From: a virus
Direction: 5' to 3' (one strand)
DNA: 47,008 nucleotides
Virus record (IMG/VR): IMGVR_UViG_3300045747_000694
Coordinates: 106,165 to 153,172 of that record
Under the pieces are notes generated by a model that was not told where the DNA came from, searched no databases, and saw only the letters and a list, made by a program, of their open reading frames with translations. A program made the position numbers and the translations under genes. Numbering within the stretch: position 1 is the first letter of the stretch; the number at the start of each line of letters is the position of its first letter. Below, one piece after another: positions 9,724-19,425 of the stretch.

Positions 9724-10047
9724 GTGGAGGAGCTCTTCCAGCTCATCATCAAGTCCTACGGGCTCCTCGGGCTCGTCATGCTCTCGCCCTTCGTGGCGCT
9801 GAAGTTCATGTGGAGCCACGCCAAGGACCTCCAGAAGGATCTGAAGGCGGCCAACGAGCGCATCAACGAGACGCACTCCCGCCGGGTCGAGGACTCGAAG
9901 GAGATTGCCGACAAGCTCATGGAGATGATCAAGGAGCACGCCGAGCTCTCGAAGGAGACCAACATCGCTCTCGAGCGGGTCGGCGACATGCTCTCTGTGC
10001 TCCAGAACACGGGCGTCAGCCACATGAGGCACAACGGGGGACGTTGA
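9724..10047 (+). CDS. Small membrane protein (107 aa) with an N-terminal TM helix and a C-terminal coiled coil
   Basis: GTG start 2 nt after the upstream TAA. GGGGAG RBS. Hydrophobic segment LLGLVMLSPFVALKFMW followed by charged helical sequence. Confidence 0.5.
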   Translation: MEELFQLIIKSYGLLGLVMLSPFVALKFMWSHAKDLQKDLKAANERINETHSRRVEDSKEIADKLMEMIKEHAELSKETNIALERVGDMLSVLQNTGVSHMRHNGGR

Positions 10048-10056
10048 GGAGAGGTC

Positions 10057-10236
10057 ATGCACTACGGACGAAAGCAGTCATCTGCTTTGCACCTCCAGCC
10101 ACCGGCGCTGGAGTCCGATCCCAAGCTGAAGCTCGCCATGGAGTCCATGGACCAGCTCATCCGAGAGGCCAAGGCCAACCGGACCAAGGTGAAGGAGCTC
10201 GAGGTCCAGCTCGAGCGCTTCACCAGGCAGAGGTAG
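10057..10236 (+). CDS. Small coiled-coil protein (59 aa; below the ORF-track size cut-off)
   Basis: GAGGAG RBS 5 nt upstream of ATG 10057. Ends at TAG 10234-10236. The track ORF covering this region is in another frame and has no RBS. Confidence 0.4.
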   Translation: MHYGRKQSSALHLQPPALESDPKLKLAMESMDQLIREAKANRTKVKELEVQLERFTRQR

Positions 10237-10239
10237 GCG

Positions 10240-10491
10240 ATGTTCCTTCGGTGGTGGAACGAGCGCAAGGCGCGCAAGGAGACGAAGCGGCGACTCAACG
10301 ACGTGGTCATCACCACGGCCGCCATCAAGAGCCTCGACATCCCACTCAAGGAGCCAACCGAGGAGCAGTACTCGGCCACTGCATCCTTCGCCATCGTGAA
10401 GAAGTCGATCGACAACGCCACGGAGGCCAAGCAGGAAGCCAGAGGAGCAGCGCGACGCATCCTGGCCATGTTCGAGAAGCCCAAGAAGTAG
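10240..10491 (+). CDS. Small basic hypothetical protein (83 aa)
   Basis: ATG 3 nt after the upstream TAG. Weak AGAGG RBS. Confidence 0.45.
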   Translation: MFLRWWNERKARKETKRRLNDVVITTAAIKSLDIPLKEPTEEQYSATASFAIVKKSIDNATEAKQEARGAARRILAMFEKPKK

Positions 10492-10567
10492 CCTGGCAAC
10501 TTTGCTCTACGCAGCGGGCTGCTCGCCCCGTAGGATGTAAACGGCCCGTCTCCAGAGGTACGCACCG

Positions 10568-13500
10568 GTGGCTCTCCGCATCCCGAAGTTCATCCAGGAC
10601 CTGCTCAACGTCCCCACCGGGGCGCCGAACCACTACCTGCGATGGGACCCGCTGGCCAAGGAGATCATCAACGACCCTGGCCTCGGGGGCGGCGGCATCG
10701 GACCAGAGGGTCCCGCAGGTGCGACCGGTCCGCAGGGCGTTCCTGGCGTCACCGGTCCTCAAGGCCCGCAGGGACCAACGGGAGCCGTCGGTGCTACCGG
10801 CGCCGGCGTCACCGGCCCTCTCGGCCCGCAGGGTGCGACGGGCGCTCAAGGCGTCATCGGTCCGACGGGGGCACGGGGTCAGACTGGTGCCCAAGGTGAT
10901 GTCGGTCCCATCGGGCCGACTGGCGCTCAGGGTCCTCAAGGGGACCAGGGTGCGACCGGCCCTGTCGGCGCTGACGGCCCGCAGGGAGTGACTGGTGCGA
11001 CCGGTCCCGTTGGTCCTCAAGGCCAGACGGGGGCCGCCATCACGGGAGCTCAGGGTCTGCCCGGCGCGACAGGTCCGACCGGAGCAACGGGGGCGCGCGG
11101 CGCCACCGGCGTGACTGGGTCGGTCGGTCCGCAGGGGCCGACCGGAGCCGCCATCACTGGGGCGCAGGGGCCACAGGGAGTCACCGGTCCGACTGGCCCG
11201 ACCGGTGCCGTGGGCCCGCAAGGGCCGACTGGCGCCGCCATCACCGGGGCGGCCGGGCCGCAAGGGGTGACGGGCGCCACCGGTCCCACGGGGCCGCAGG
11301 GCCCCACCGGCGCGGCCATCACCGGAGCGACTGGCGTCACCGGCGCCCGCGGCGCCACGGGCGTGACCGGAGCCACTGGCCCAGCTGGTGCCACGGGTGC
11401 GACCGGCCCGGCCGGGCCGCAGGGTGTCACTGGCGCCACCGGGCCTACCGGCGCCGTCGGTCCGCAGGGGTCGACTGGCGCGGCCATCACGGGAGCACAA
11501 GGACCGCAGGGAGCCACCGGCGTGCCGGGCGTCACCGGCGCCACCGGGCCGATGGGCCCGGGCAGCCCCTCCGCCGGACCGACGGGAGCGCAGGGCGCCA
11601 CCGGCCCAGCTGGGCCGCAGGGCGTGACGGGTGCCACTGGCCCGACGGGGCCGAAGGGCGACACGGGAGCGGCCATCACCGGGGCAGCTGGCGTGACCGG
11701 CGTCACGGGCCCTGCCGGCCCGCAAGGCGTCACGGGGGCCACGGGCCCCACTGGCGCTCGCGGCGCGACCGGCGTCGACGGCGTCACGGGAGTGACTGGC
11801 CCAACGGGGGCTCGAGGTGCGACCGGCGTCGATGGGGTGACGGGCGCTACCGGGCCGACGGGTGCTCGCGGCGTCACGGGGGCGACCGGCCCAACAGGTG
11901 CTCCAGGCGTCCAGGGCGTCACGGGGGCGACCGGGCCGACCGGGGCGCAGGGAATCCAGGGGGTGACTGGGGCCACCGGTCCTACGGGCTCTCAGGGCCC
12001 TCAGGGGGTCACTGGCTCGACGGGTCCGACCGGGGCACCTGGCCCGCAGGGCGCGACCGGGCCAACTGGCCCGACAGGTGCGGTCGGTCCCCAGGGACCC
12101 ACGGGTGCCGCCATCACCGGAGCTGTGGGTCCGACGGGACCGGCCGGGCCAACCGGGCCGAAGGGTGACACCGGCGCCGCCATCACCGGCGCGCAGGGCG
12201 CCACCGGCGTTCAGGGGGTCCAGGGAGCCACGGGGCCCACCGGGCCCGCCGGCACGCAAGGGGTCACCGGCGCGACCGGGCCCACCGGGCCCGCCGGAGC
12301 TCAGGGTGCTACCGGTGCGACTGGGCCAGTTGGTCCGCAAGGTCCGACGGGTGCCGCGATCACGGGCGCCACCGGGCCGCAGGGGCCGCAAGGCAACCCC
12401 GGCGTCACGGGGCTCACCGGTGCGACAGGGCCGCAGGGATCGCAGGGCCCCACGGGAGCTCTCGGCCCCACCGGTCCTGCCGGTTCACAGGGAGTGACTG
12501 GCGCTACTGGTCCGACCGGAGCGCAGGGTCTTCAGGGCGCCACCGGGGCGACAGGTCCGACTGGGCCAGCGGGAGCGCAGGGGGTCACTGGCGCAACCGG
12601 CCCGACGGGCCCAGCTGGCGCGCAAGGGGTCACTGGTGCTACGGGGCCGACGGGACCGCAGGGCGTGCAGGGACCGACGGGCTCGGCCATCACCGGCGCA
12701 ACGGGGCCGGCTGGCCCGCAGGGACCGACAGGCACGCAGGGCATCACCGGGGCCACGGGACCGACCGGCCCTCAGGGCACGCAAGGCGTGACCGGGGCGA
12801 CCGGCCCGACCGGGCCGGCAGGCGCGCAGGGAGTCACCGGAGCTACTGGCCCGACTGGTCCCGCTGGTACGCAGGGCGTGACTGGGTTCACGGGCCCCGT
12901 CGGTCCTCAGGGTCCGACGGGAGCGGCTATCACTGGCGCTACCGGCCCTGTTGGTCCTCAGGGCCCGACCGGAGCGCAGGGCATCACCGGCGTCACCGGT
13001 GTCACCGGACCCACAGGTGCTCAGGGGCCTGCGGGCCCGACAGGGGCACAGGGGGTCACCGGGCTCACTGGGCCTGTCGGCCCGCAGGGGCCGACAGGTG
13101 CTGCCATCACGGGAGCCACCGGGCCCACCGGAGCGATCGGGCCTCAGGGTGTGACGGGGGCAACCGGGCCAACGGGCCCCGCGGGCGCAACCGGCGCAAC
13201 CGGCGTGACCGGCGCGCGAGGCGCGACAGGCATCACCGGAGCTACCGGACCCACGGGGCCTGCCGGTCCTCAAGGAGTGACCGGAGCCACCGGCCCTACC
13301 GGCCCGGGCGGCCCCACCGGCTCAGTCGGACCGCAGGGCGTCACCGGGGCAACGGGGCCCACCGGTCCGGCTGGTGCCGACGGTGCGACTGGCCCTGCTG
13401 GTGCCGGTCTCGATGGCGCCACTGGACCTATCGGTCCGGCCGGCGCTACTGGGGCGACCGGGCCAGCTGGTCCTCAGGGTGTCACGGGAGCAACGGGACC

Positions 13501-14371
13501 AACCGGGCCCGCCGGAGCAACCGGTGCGACCGGCGTGACGGGAGCTCGAGGCGCGACCGGGGTCACGGGAGCCACTGGCCCGCAGGGCTCTCCTGGCCCA
13601 ACGGGCGCCGCGATCACGGGAGCCATCGGACCGCAAGGCGTGACTGGCTGGACTGGCCCTGTCGGGCCGCAGGGTCCCACCGGAGCAGCCATCACTGGTG
13701 CAACCGGTCCTGCTGGTCCGACAGGTGCGACTGGCGCGATTGGGCCGACCGGTCCTGCCGGCAGCGGCGCAGTGAAGACGCTGAACCAGGCCTACTGGGA
13801 CGGCGGTACCGGCCCCGGCGGCGTGGGCGGAGAGATCGACCTCAACGCCACCATCGGACCGGTACGCCTCATCGGCTCCGGTGCGGCATCCGGCGGCGTC
13901 TACTTCCAGGTGGCAGACGCCGCCGGCGGCCTGCCTCTCTTCGAGGTGCGCGAGGGCGGTGGCCGCGGCGTCATCATGATCCCGCGCATCGAGCTCGGCG
14001 GCACGCCCCTCACCCCGGCCAACTTCTCGCTCTCTCGTTGGGGCTCGGGTGCGTCTTCCCCCGGCAACTACGGCGTGACGGGAGTCTCCTGCTCCGACGC
14101 CGGCGGGTCGTTCACCGTCGTCGCGGGGCAGACGGGGTACTCGCCAGCGCCCCAGATCACCATCAACTTCAAGGATGGTCCTCGAGCGGGCAACCCCTTC
14201 GTCCTCGCTCGCGTGATGAACCCGTGCATCCCTACGAACGCGAGCCTCTGGGGCTACAGCGTCATCAACCCGGTGCTCATCACCCAGAGCCCGACCTTCA
14301 TCACGATGATGATCCCGGGCTCCCCCACGAACCGCTGCTCCATCACCATCCAGTTCGTCTCCTTCGCATAA
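10568..14371 (+). CDS. Collagen-like fibre protein (1267 aa): about 1060 aa of Thr-rich Gly-X-Y repeats plus a roughly 200-aa beta-rich C-terminal globular domain (BclA-like architecture)
   Basis: Continuous G-P/A/V-T/Q triplets ([13 protein letters not shown]...). A recurrent GAAITGA interruption occurs about 14 times. Non-collagenous C-terminus begins around [18 protein letters not shown] start with an AGAGG RBS. Confidence 0.9.
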   Translation: MALRIPKFIQDLLNVPTGAPNHYLRWDPLAKEIINDPGLGGGGIGPEGPAGATGPQGVPGVTGPQGPQGPTGAVGATGAGVTGPLGPQGATGAQGVIGPTGARGQTGAQGDVGPIGPTGAQGPQGDQGATGPVGADGPQGVTGATGPVGPQGQTGAAITGAQGLPGATGPTGATGARGATGVTGSVGPQGPTGAAITGAQGPQGVTGPTGPTGAVGPQGPTGAAITGAAGPQGVTGATGPTGPQGPTGAAITGATGVTGARGATGVTGATGPAGATGATGPAGPQGVTGATGPTGAVGPQGSTGAAITGAQGPQGATGVPGVTGATGPMGPGSPSAGPTGAQGATGPAGPQGVTGATGPTGPKGDTGAAITGAAGVTGVTGPAGPQGVTGATGPTGARGATGVDGVTGVTGPTGARGATGVDGVTGATGPTGARGVTGATGPTGAPGVQGVTGATGPTGAQGIQGVTGATGPTGSQGPQGVTGSTGPTGAPGPQGATGPTGPTGAVGPQGPTGAAITGAVGPTGPAGPTGPKGDTGAAITGAQGATGVQGVQGATGPTGPAGTQGVTGATGPTGPAGAQGATGATGPVGPQGPTGAAITGATGPQGPQGNPGVTGLTGATGPQGSQGPTGALGPTGPAGSQGVTGATGPTGAQGLQGATGATGPTGPAGAQGVTGATGPTGPAGAQGVTGATGPTGPQGVQGPTGSAITGATGPAGPQGPTGTQGITGATGPTGPQGTQGVTGATGPTGPAGAQGVTGATGPTGPAGTQGVTGFTGPVGPQGPTGAAITGATGPVGPQGPTGAQGITGVTGVTGPTGAQGPAGPTGAQGVTGLTGPVGPQGPTGAAITGATGPTGAIGPQGVTGATGPTGPAGATGATGVTGARGATGITGATGPTGPAGPQGVTGATGPTGPGGPTGSVGPQGVTGATGPTGPAGADGATGPAGAGLDGATGPIGPAGATGATGPAGPQGVTGATGPTGPAGATGATGVTGARGATGVTGATGPQGSPGPTGAAITGAIGPQGVTGWTGPVGPQGPTGAAITGATGPAGPTGATGAIGPTGPAGSGAVKTLNQAYWDGGTGPGGVGGEIDLNATIGPVRLIGSGAASGGVYFQVADAAGGLPLFEVREGGGRGVIMIPRIELGGTPLTPANFSLSRWGSGASSPGNYGVTGVSCSDAGGSFTVVAGQTGYSPAPQITINFKDGPRAGNPFVLARVMNPCIPTNASLWGYSVINPVLITQSPTFITMMIPGSPTNRCSITIQFVSFA
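10700..13760 (+). repeat. Triplet (9/18-nt) coding tandem repeats encoding the Gly-X-Y collagen-like region
   Basis: Reiterated GGN-CCN/GCN/GTN-ACN/CAG units. They create spurious long ORFs in all six frames. Confidence 0.85.
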
Positions 14372-14416
14372 CAAGGTGTGGCATCCATCGTCTGTACTTA
14401 GTAGCATGCCGACCTC

Positions 14417-15073
14417 ATGGAGCTCCGCTCGTCATCCTTCCGCGGGAAGGACTTCAAGTTCCAATGCGATCCCGAGGATCACTCCTCGCATTGGACCTTT
14501 GAAGACGAGAGGGGCGTTCGAGACGAGCTCTGGGACGTCCACGAGGGCGACATCATCCTCGACGTAGGAGCTGCTTTCGGTTCCTATGCGCTCTCCGCCC
14601 TGGCCGTCGGCGCTTCCTTCGTGCACTCCTGGAGCATGGAGACGCACCATCAGATCATGATGGAAGAGTCGCTCAAGGCGAACAGGTGGGAGAAGCGGTG
14701 CACCGTCAACCGCTTCGGTCTCTTCCACCGCCCAGGCTGGTACCGCTGGCAGGACCGCAGGTTCTCGGAGACTCCCGAAGAAGGCTTCGTGGTGGTCGAC
14801 TCCATCGACCACATGATGGAGGACCCAGAGCTCTTCCCCTACGGTCCTCGCTACTTCATCAAGATCGACACCGAGGGGGCCGAGCCGGAGATCCTCAAGG
14901 GGGCCGAGAAGTTCCTCGAAGTCCACCGCCCCAACATCTTGGTGGAGAACCACGACTTCCTTCGTCCACACGCCACCTCTTTGGTGCGCGAGTACCTCGC
15001 AGAGCAGGGGTTCGAGCTGAGCGTCGACCGCCCCTCCGCCATGTGTTCCCACTCTCTGTACCTCCCAGACTAA
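14417..15073 (+). CDS. FkbM-family SAM-dependent methyltransferase
   Basis: Motifs ILDVGAAFGSYAL (SAM-binding G-loop) and YFIKIDTEGAEPEILKGAEKFL, typical of the FkbM methyltransferase domain. Confidence 0.75.
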   Translation: MELRSSSFRGKDFKFQCDPEDHSSHWTFEDERGVRDELWDVHEGDIILDVGAAFGSYALSALAVGASFVHSWSMETHHQIMMEESLKANRWEKRCTVNRFGLFHRPGWYRWQDRRFSETPEEGFVVVDSIDHMMEDPELFPYGPRYFIKIDTEGAEPEILKGAEKFLEVHRPNILVENHDFLRPHATSLVREYLAEQGFELSVDRPSAMCSHSLYLPD

Positions 15074-15100
15074 CTGCCCGCACTTGATCGGAAGGGCTAC

Positions 15101-18100
15101 ATGACCGTCTCGCTTTGCATGATCGTGCGCGACGTCGAAGAGCACCTCGACGCCTGCCTGGCCTCGGTGGAGAAGTACGTCGACGAGATCGTCATCGTCG
15201 ATACCGGGTCGGTGGATGGGACGAAGGCTGTGGCGCTGCGGCACGGTGCCAAGATCTTCGACTTCAGCCCGGAGACCAACCCCGAAGCCTTCCTGCTCGA
15301 CGATGAGAAGACGATGGCTCCTCCTCCCTACACGGGGAAGTGGATCCTCGCCGACTTCGCCGGCGCGAGGAACCTCTCGTTCGACAAGGCGACCAGCGAC
15401 TTCGTCTTCTGGATCGACTCCGATGATGTCGTGGTGGGTGCCGAGAACATCCCCTCCATCCTGAAGGAGCTCGAGGGGATGCAGATGGGATGTGCCTGGT
15501 TCCGCTACGACTACGCCTTCTCTCCCGACGGGCAGCCTACCTGCCAGCTCTGGCGAGAGCGGATCATGCGGAAGGGCGCGGGAAGGTGGACGAACCCCAT
15601 CCACGAGGTCTGCATCCCCACGCAGGGGTCCGTCAGCAAGAACTACGACTTCGTCGTCATCAAGCACCAGAGGGACGACAACAAGACGCCCGCGGTGGCA
15701 CACCGCAACTACAAGGTGCTGAAGAGGCAGTACGAGAAGGAGAAGGGCGCCAAGAACTTCGACGCCAGGACGCTCTTCTACCTGGGCAACGAGTCGAAGT
15801 TCATGAACGCCGACGAGGCCATCGGCTACTTCGAGCAGTACCTGCGCCTCTCGGGATGGGACGAGGAGCGCGCTGTGGCGCGGATCCTCATGGGCCAGCT
15901 GTTCGAGGTGAAGGGCGACATCGAGGGGGCCTTCCGCGCCTACTCTTCCGCGACCTACGACTACCCCTTCAACCCCGATCCGTACTTCGCCCTCGCCCGT
16001 CTCGCCTACAAGAAGGACGACTGGAGGAAGTGCATCGACTTCACCGAGCACGGGCTGTCCAAGGGGAACCCGCACTCGGCCATCATGTACAACCCCCTCG
16101 ACCGGAACTACTACCCGCACACCTACTACAACGTCGCCCTCAACAACGTGGGCCGGGTGGCTGATGCGGCGAAGTCCTGCGAGGAAGGCCTCAAGTCCGT
16201 TCCGGAAGACACCAACCTCAAGTTCAACAAGCATCTCTACGACGACTACCTGAAGAGGAACCCGCAGCCGGAGAAGCAGGCGACCGCGCAGTCGATCACC
16301 TTCGACGGCGCCTCCATCGACTCTCCGCCCAACCTGCCTTCCGGTGTCGTCGCGACGCTGGGTCTCCAGATCTGGAAGGAGCTGCTTCGCTACGACGAGG
16401 TGGTGAAGGCGCGGACCTTCCTCGAGTCCCTTCCCTATGTCACCGAGGGGAGCGAGGGACTCGAGAAGGCGAAGAAGCTCACCGACGAGATCCTCGAGTT
16501 CGCCACCTCGCCAACCAAGATGCAGGCGCAGTACAACGACTGGCATCACGTCGACGAGGCCATCCCCTTCACGGCACAGGTGCCGAAGCACTGGTCTCAG
16601 TACCCGCGCTTCAGCTCGGTCATGGCGTTCTTCGAGGGGAAGTCGAAGCTGCGGGTCCTCGACATCGGCTGCCAGGACGGCTGGATCTCGAACCGTGTCG
16701 CGCGTCTCGGCCATTCGGTGGTGGGTCTCGACTTCAGCCAGGCCTACCTCGAGATCGCCAAGAGGAACGCCCGGTGCGAAGGGCTCGATGCCACCTACAT
16801 CCTCGGCTTCATCGAGGAGCTCTCCAAGGCGGTCCCTGAGAAGTACGACGTCGTCATCTGCACGGAGGTCATCGAGCACTCCGCGGACCCGGACAAGCTC
16901 ATCAGGGACATCAAGCGTGTGCTGAAGCCGGGCGGGACGCTTCTGCTCTCGACGCCGAAGGGGCACTGGTTCCAGGGGCAGGCGCATGAGTTCGCTTCGG
17001 CATGGAACGCGCCTCGTCAGCACATCCAGGCCTTCACCGTGAAGTCGCTCTCCAAGGTCCTGGGGAACCATCTCCACGTCACCTCCTGCTACGAGATGCC
17101 GGTCCCCACGCCGGACGTCCCTGGGCAGGGCACTCTCTTCGCCGAGGCGGTCTTCGAGATCACCCTCGAGAAGGGCGGGCAGGACATCGTCTTCTACACG
17201 GGGCCAGCGTGGGAGTGGTGGAACGCCAACAGCCCCTACCGAGAGGGGACGGGAGGCTCCGAGCTGGCCTGTGTGGAGATGGCGAAGTCCTTCGCGAGGA
17301 TGGGGCACAGGGTCAGGGTCTACAGCGACTGCCCGGGGATGGAGGGCATCTACGACGAGGTCGAGTACCTGCACTTCTCCCACGCGCAGCCTGGGACCAT
17401 CACCTGCGACGTCTTCATCAGCTCGAGGCAGCCCACTGTTCTCCCGGCGCTCCAGCTCACCGCCAAGGCGCGGATCCTCTGGGTGCACGACATCCACGTG
17501 GGCGCCCCAGGATCGCAGCTGCATGAGGCCCTGCTCCACTACGACAGGATCTTCTGCCTCTCCAAGTGGCATCGCGACTACTTCCTCAGCGTCTACCCCT
17601 TCCTCGACCCGGAGAAGGTGGTCGTCTCGAGGAACGGCATCCTCATCGAGCGCTTCCCCTGTGCCGAGCACGCCAAGGAGAACAAGCTCATCTACACCTC
17701 CTCTGGCAACCGCGGCCTCGAGCTGCTGCTCGACCTCTTCCCCCGCATCAGGGAGAAGGTCCCTGACGTCGAGCTCGAGGTCTACTACGGCTTCAACGTG
17801 TGGAAGTCGGCGGCCAGGAACAGCCCCGACGAGATGGCTCAGATCGAGCGCATCGAGCAGAAGATGAAGAACACTCCCGGCGTCATCACGATGGGCCGGG
17901 AGAACCAGCAGGGGCTTGCCAAGGCCTGGCTTCAGGCCAAGGTCTGGGCCTACCCGACCTGGTTCACCGAGACCTACTGCATCTCGGCCCTCGAGGCACA
18001 GGCTGCCGGCGCCGTCCCCGTGACCACGAACCTCGCAGCCCTCGGGGAGACCGTGCAGTCCGGCTTCCTCCTCAGTCCTCCTCTCAACGAGGAGTACAAC

Positions 18101-18286
18101 AAGGACTTCGTGGACTCGGTGGTGGAGCTGCTCACGGACGAGGAGGAGCGGCAGAAGCACGTCAAGATCGGAAGAGAGGCGGCCGAGAAGCTCACGTGGA
18201 GCAGCTTGGCCCTCGACTGGCGCAAGCAGTTCGATGAGGTGATCGAGGCGGTGAAGGTGAACCCCATCCACAGGTATATGCCATGA
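15101..18286 (+). CDS. Trifunctional glycosylation enzyme: N-terminal GT2 glycosyltransferase, TPR-like linker, class I SAM methyltransferase, C-terminal GT4 (GT-B) glycosyltransferase
   Basis: GT2 signature: IVRDVEEHLDACLASV...IVIVDTGSVDGT and a DSDD (DxD) motif. Methyltransferase motif I VLDIGCQDGWIS and ...VLKPGGTLLLSTP. GT4-like C-terminus: GGSELACVEMAKSFARMGHRV and EAQAAGAVPVTTN. Confidence 0.85.
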   Translation: MTVSLCMIVRDVEEHLDACLASVEKYVDEIVIVDTGSVDGTKAVALRHGAKIFDFSPETNPEAFLLDDEKTMAPPPYTGKWILADFAGARNLSFDKATSDFVFWIDSDDVVVGAENIPSILKELEGMQMGCAWFRYDYAFSPDGQPTCQLWRERIMRKGAGRWTNPIHEVCIPTQGSVSKNYDFVVIKHQRDDNKTPAVAHRNYKVLKRQYEKEKGAKNFDARTLFYLGNESKFMNADEAIGYFEQYLRLSGWDEERAVARILMGQLFEVKGDIEGAFRAYSSATYDYPFNPDPYFALARLAYKKDDWRKCIDFTEHGLSKGNPHSAIMYNPLDRNYYPHTYYNVALNNVGRVADAAKSCEEGLKSVPEDTNLKFNKHLYDDYLKRNPQPEKQATAQSITFDGASIDSPPNLPSGVVATLGLQIWKELLRYDEVVKARTFLESLPYVTEGSEGLEKAKKLTDEILEFATSPTKMQAQYNDWHHVDEAIPFTAQVPKHWSQYPRFSSVMAFFEGKSKLRVLDIGCQDGWISNRVARLGHSVVGLDFSQAYLEIAKRNARCEGLDATYILGFIEELSKAVPEKYDVVICTEVIEHSADPDKLIRDIKRVLKPGGTLLLSTPKGHWFQGQAHEFASAWNAPRQHIQAFTVKSLSKVLGNHLHVTSCYEMPVPTPDVPGQGTLFAEAVFEITLEKGGQDIVFYTGPAWEWWNANSPYREGTGGSELACVEMAKSFARMGHRVRVYSDCPGMEGIYDEVEYLHFSHAQPGTITCDVFISSRQPTVLPALQLTAKARILWVHDIHVGAPGSQLHEALLHYDRIFCLSKWHRDYFLSVYPFLDPEKVVVSRNGILIERFPCAEHAKENKLIYTSSGNRGLELLLDLFPRIREKVPDVELEVYYGFNVWKSAARNSPDEMAQIERIEQKMKNTPGVITMGRENQQGLAKAWLQAKVWAYPTWFTETYCISALEAQAAGAVPVTTNLAALGETVQSGFLLSPPLNEEYNKDFVDSVVELLTDEEERQKHVKIGREAAEKLTWSSLALDWRKQFDEVIEAVKVNPIHRYMP

Positions 18287-19425
18287 AGTTCGCCCTCATC
18301 TACGGTCGCTTCTGCTCCGCCGCCCGAGGCCCCTACAAGGCCCACGACATCGCCAGCCACGGCCTGACTGGCTCGGAGAGCTTCTACTTCAACACGGTGA
18401 AGGCGCTCTCCGAGGCTGGGCACACCGTCGACGCCTTCGGGTGGTGGGAGAAGGAGCACGTGGACGGCCTCGTCCACTACTACCCCTTCACCAAGAACGG
18501 GGACGACATGCACGTCCCCGATCCCGCGTCCTACGACGTGGCCATCGCATGGAGCGAGCCGGACTACCTTCGCGTCTTCCCCCCGACCGTTCTTCGGATC
18601 TGCGAGCAGCAGCTCAACGACTTCCCCTACGCCGGCGAGGGCTTCGAGAAGAGCGTCGATCTCTTCCTGTTCCCCTCCGACACCCACCGGAAGCACATCC
18701 TCTCCGTCACCCCCTGCATCGACCCGGCGAAGACGGACGTCTGGGGCAACTGCATCAGCAACGAGGACTACTTCACGGGGGAAGAGAAGGCTCGCGGGAA
18801 GAGCATCACCTACTGCTCCTCTCCGGACCGGGGACTGCACTGGCTCTGCGAGCTCTTCCCCCGGGTGAGGGCGAAAGTTCCCGAAGCCACCCTGCACGTG
18901 TACTATCGCTTCATGCCGTGGTACCAGCAGATGGCTGGTGAGTGGAACCCCGGCAACCCGGCCGCGCACCAGCAGGGCATGCGGGCCAGGTACGCGGGGT
19001 CGTTCTTCTACAAGATGGGAGCGATGGGAGAGAGCGGGGTCTTCTTGCACGGGGCAGTCACCAACCAGCAGATGGTCGCTGCCCTGGAGAGCTCTCGAGT
19101 CCTCGCGTATCCCTGTGACCCCGTCGTCTTCACCGAGGGCTTCGGGGTTTCCGTCCTCGATGCCTGCGCTGCTGGCGCCATCCCCATCATCAGCGACGTC
19201 GACGCGTTTGGAGAGGTCTACGGCGGCACGGCCATGGTCATCCCGGGACGGCCTGGCGACCACCGGGACGAGTGGGTCGCTGCGATGGTGAAGGCCCTCA
19301 CCGATGACGACCTCCAGAAGGAAGTCACCACCAGGTGCAGGGCCTTCTCGAAGAAGTTCACGAGGAAGGCCAGGGTGAAGCAGCTGCTCAAGATCATCTC
19401 CTCCCTGAAGAAGGCTGCCGCATGA
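18283..19425 (+). CDS. GT4-family (GT-B fold) glycosyltransferase
   Basis: ATGA overlap with the upstream gene. GT4-like segment VLAYPCDPVVFTEGFGVSVLDACAAGAIPIISDVDAFGEV. Confidence 0.75.
   Translation: MKFALIYGRFCSAARGPYKAHDIASHGLTGSESFYFNTVKALSEAGHTVDAFGWWEKEHVDGLVHYYPFTKNGDDMHVPDPASYDVAIAWSEPDYLRVFPPTVLRICEQQLNDFPYAGEGFEKSVDLFLFPSDTHRKHILSVTPCIDPAKTDVWGNCISNEDYFTGEEKARGKSITYCSSPDRGLHWLCELFPRVRAKVPEATLHVYYRFMPWYQQMAGEWNPGNPAAHQQGMRARYAGSFFYKMGAMGESGVFLHGAVTNQQMVAALESSRVLAYPCDPVVFTEGFGVSVLDACAAGAIPIISDVDAFGEVYGGTAMVIPGRPGDHRDEWVAAMVKALTDDDLQKEVTTRCRAFSKKFTRKARVKQLLKIISSLKKAAA

Noticed and set aside
10492-10567. Sigma-70 type promoter upstream of the collagen-like gene (TTGCTC ... TAGGAT)
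   Set aside because: The spacer between the candidate -35 and -10 elements is about 23 nt, which is too long. No confident promoter could be defined by eye, so it is not reported as a feature.
10346-14407. Very long ORFs on the minus strand and in other + frames (for example 10346..12391, 11050..11976, 12485..13273, 13322..14407) overlapping the collagen-like gene
   Set aside because: They are artefacts of the GC-rich triplet repeat. The translations are Pro/Arg/Gly-rich low-complexity sequence with no RBS. Only the Gly-X-Y frame gives a coherent protein with a globular C-terminal domain.
14432-18271. 1279-aa minus-strand ORF antisense to the glycosyltransferase genes
   Set aside because: High GC content suppresses stop codons in antisense frames. 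The translation is Arg/Leu/Gly/Val-rich and featureless, whereas the + strand frame carries clear GT2, methyltransferase and GT4 motifs.
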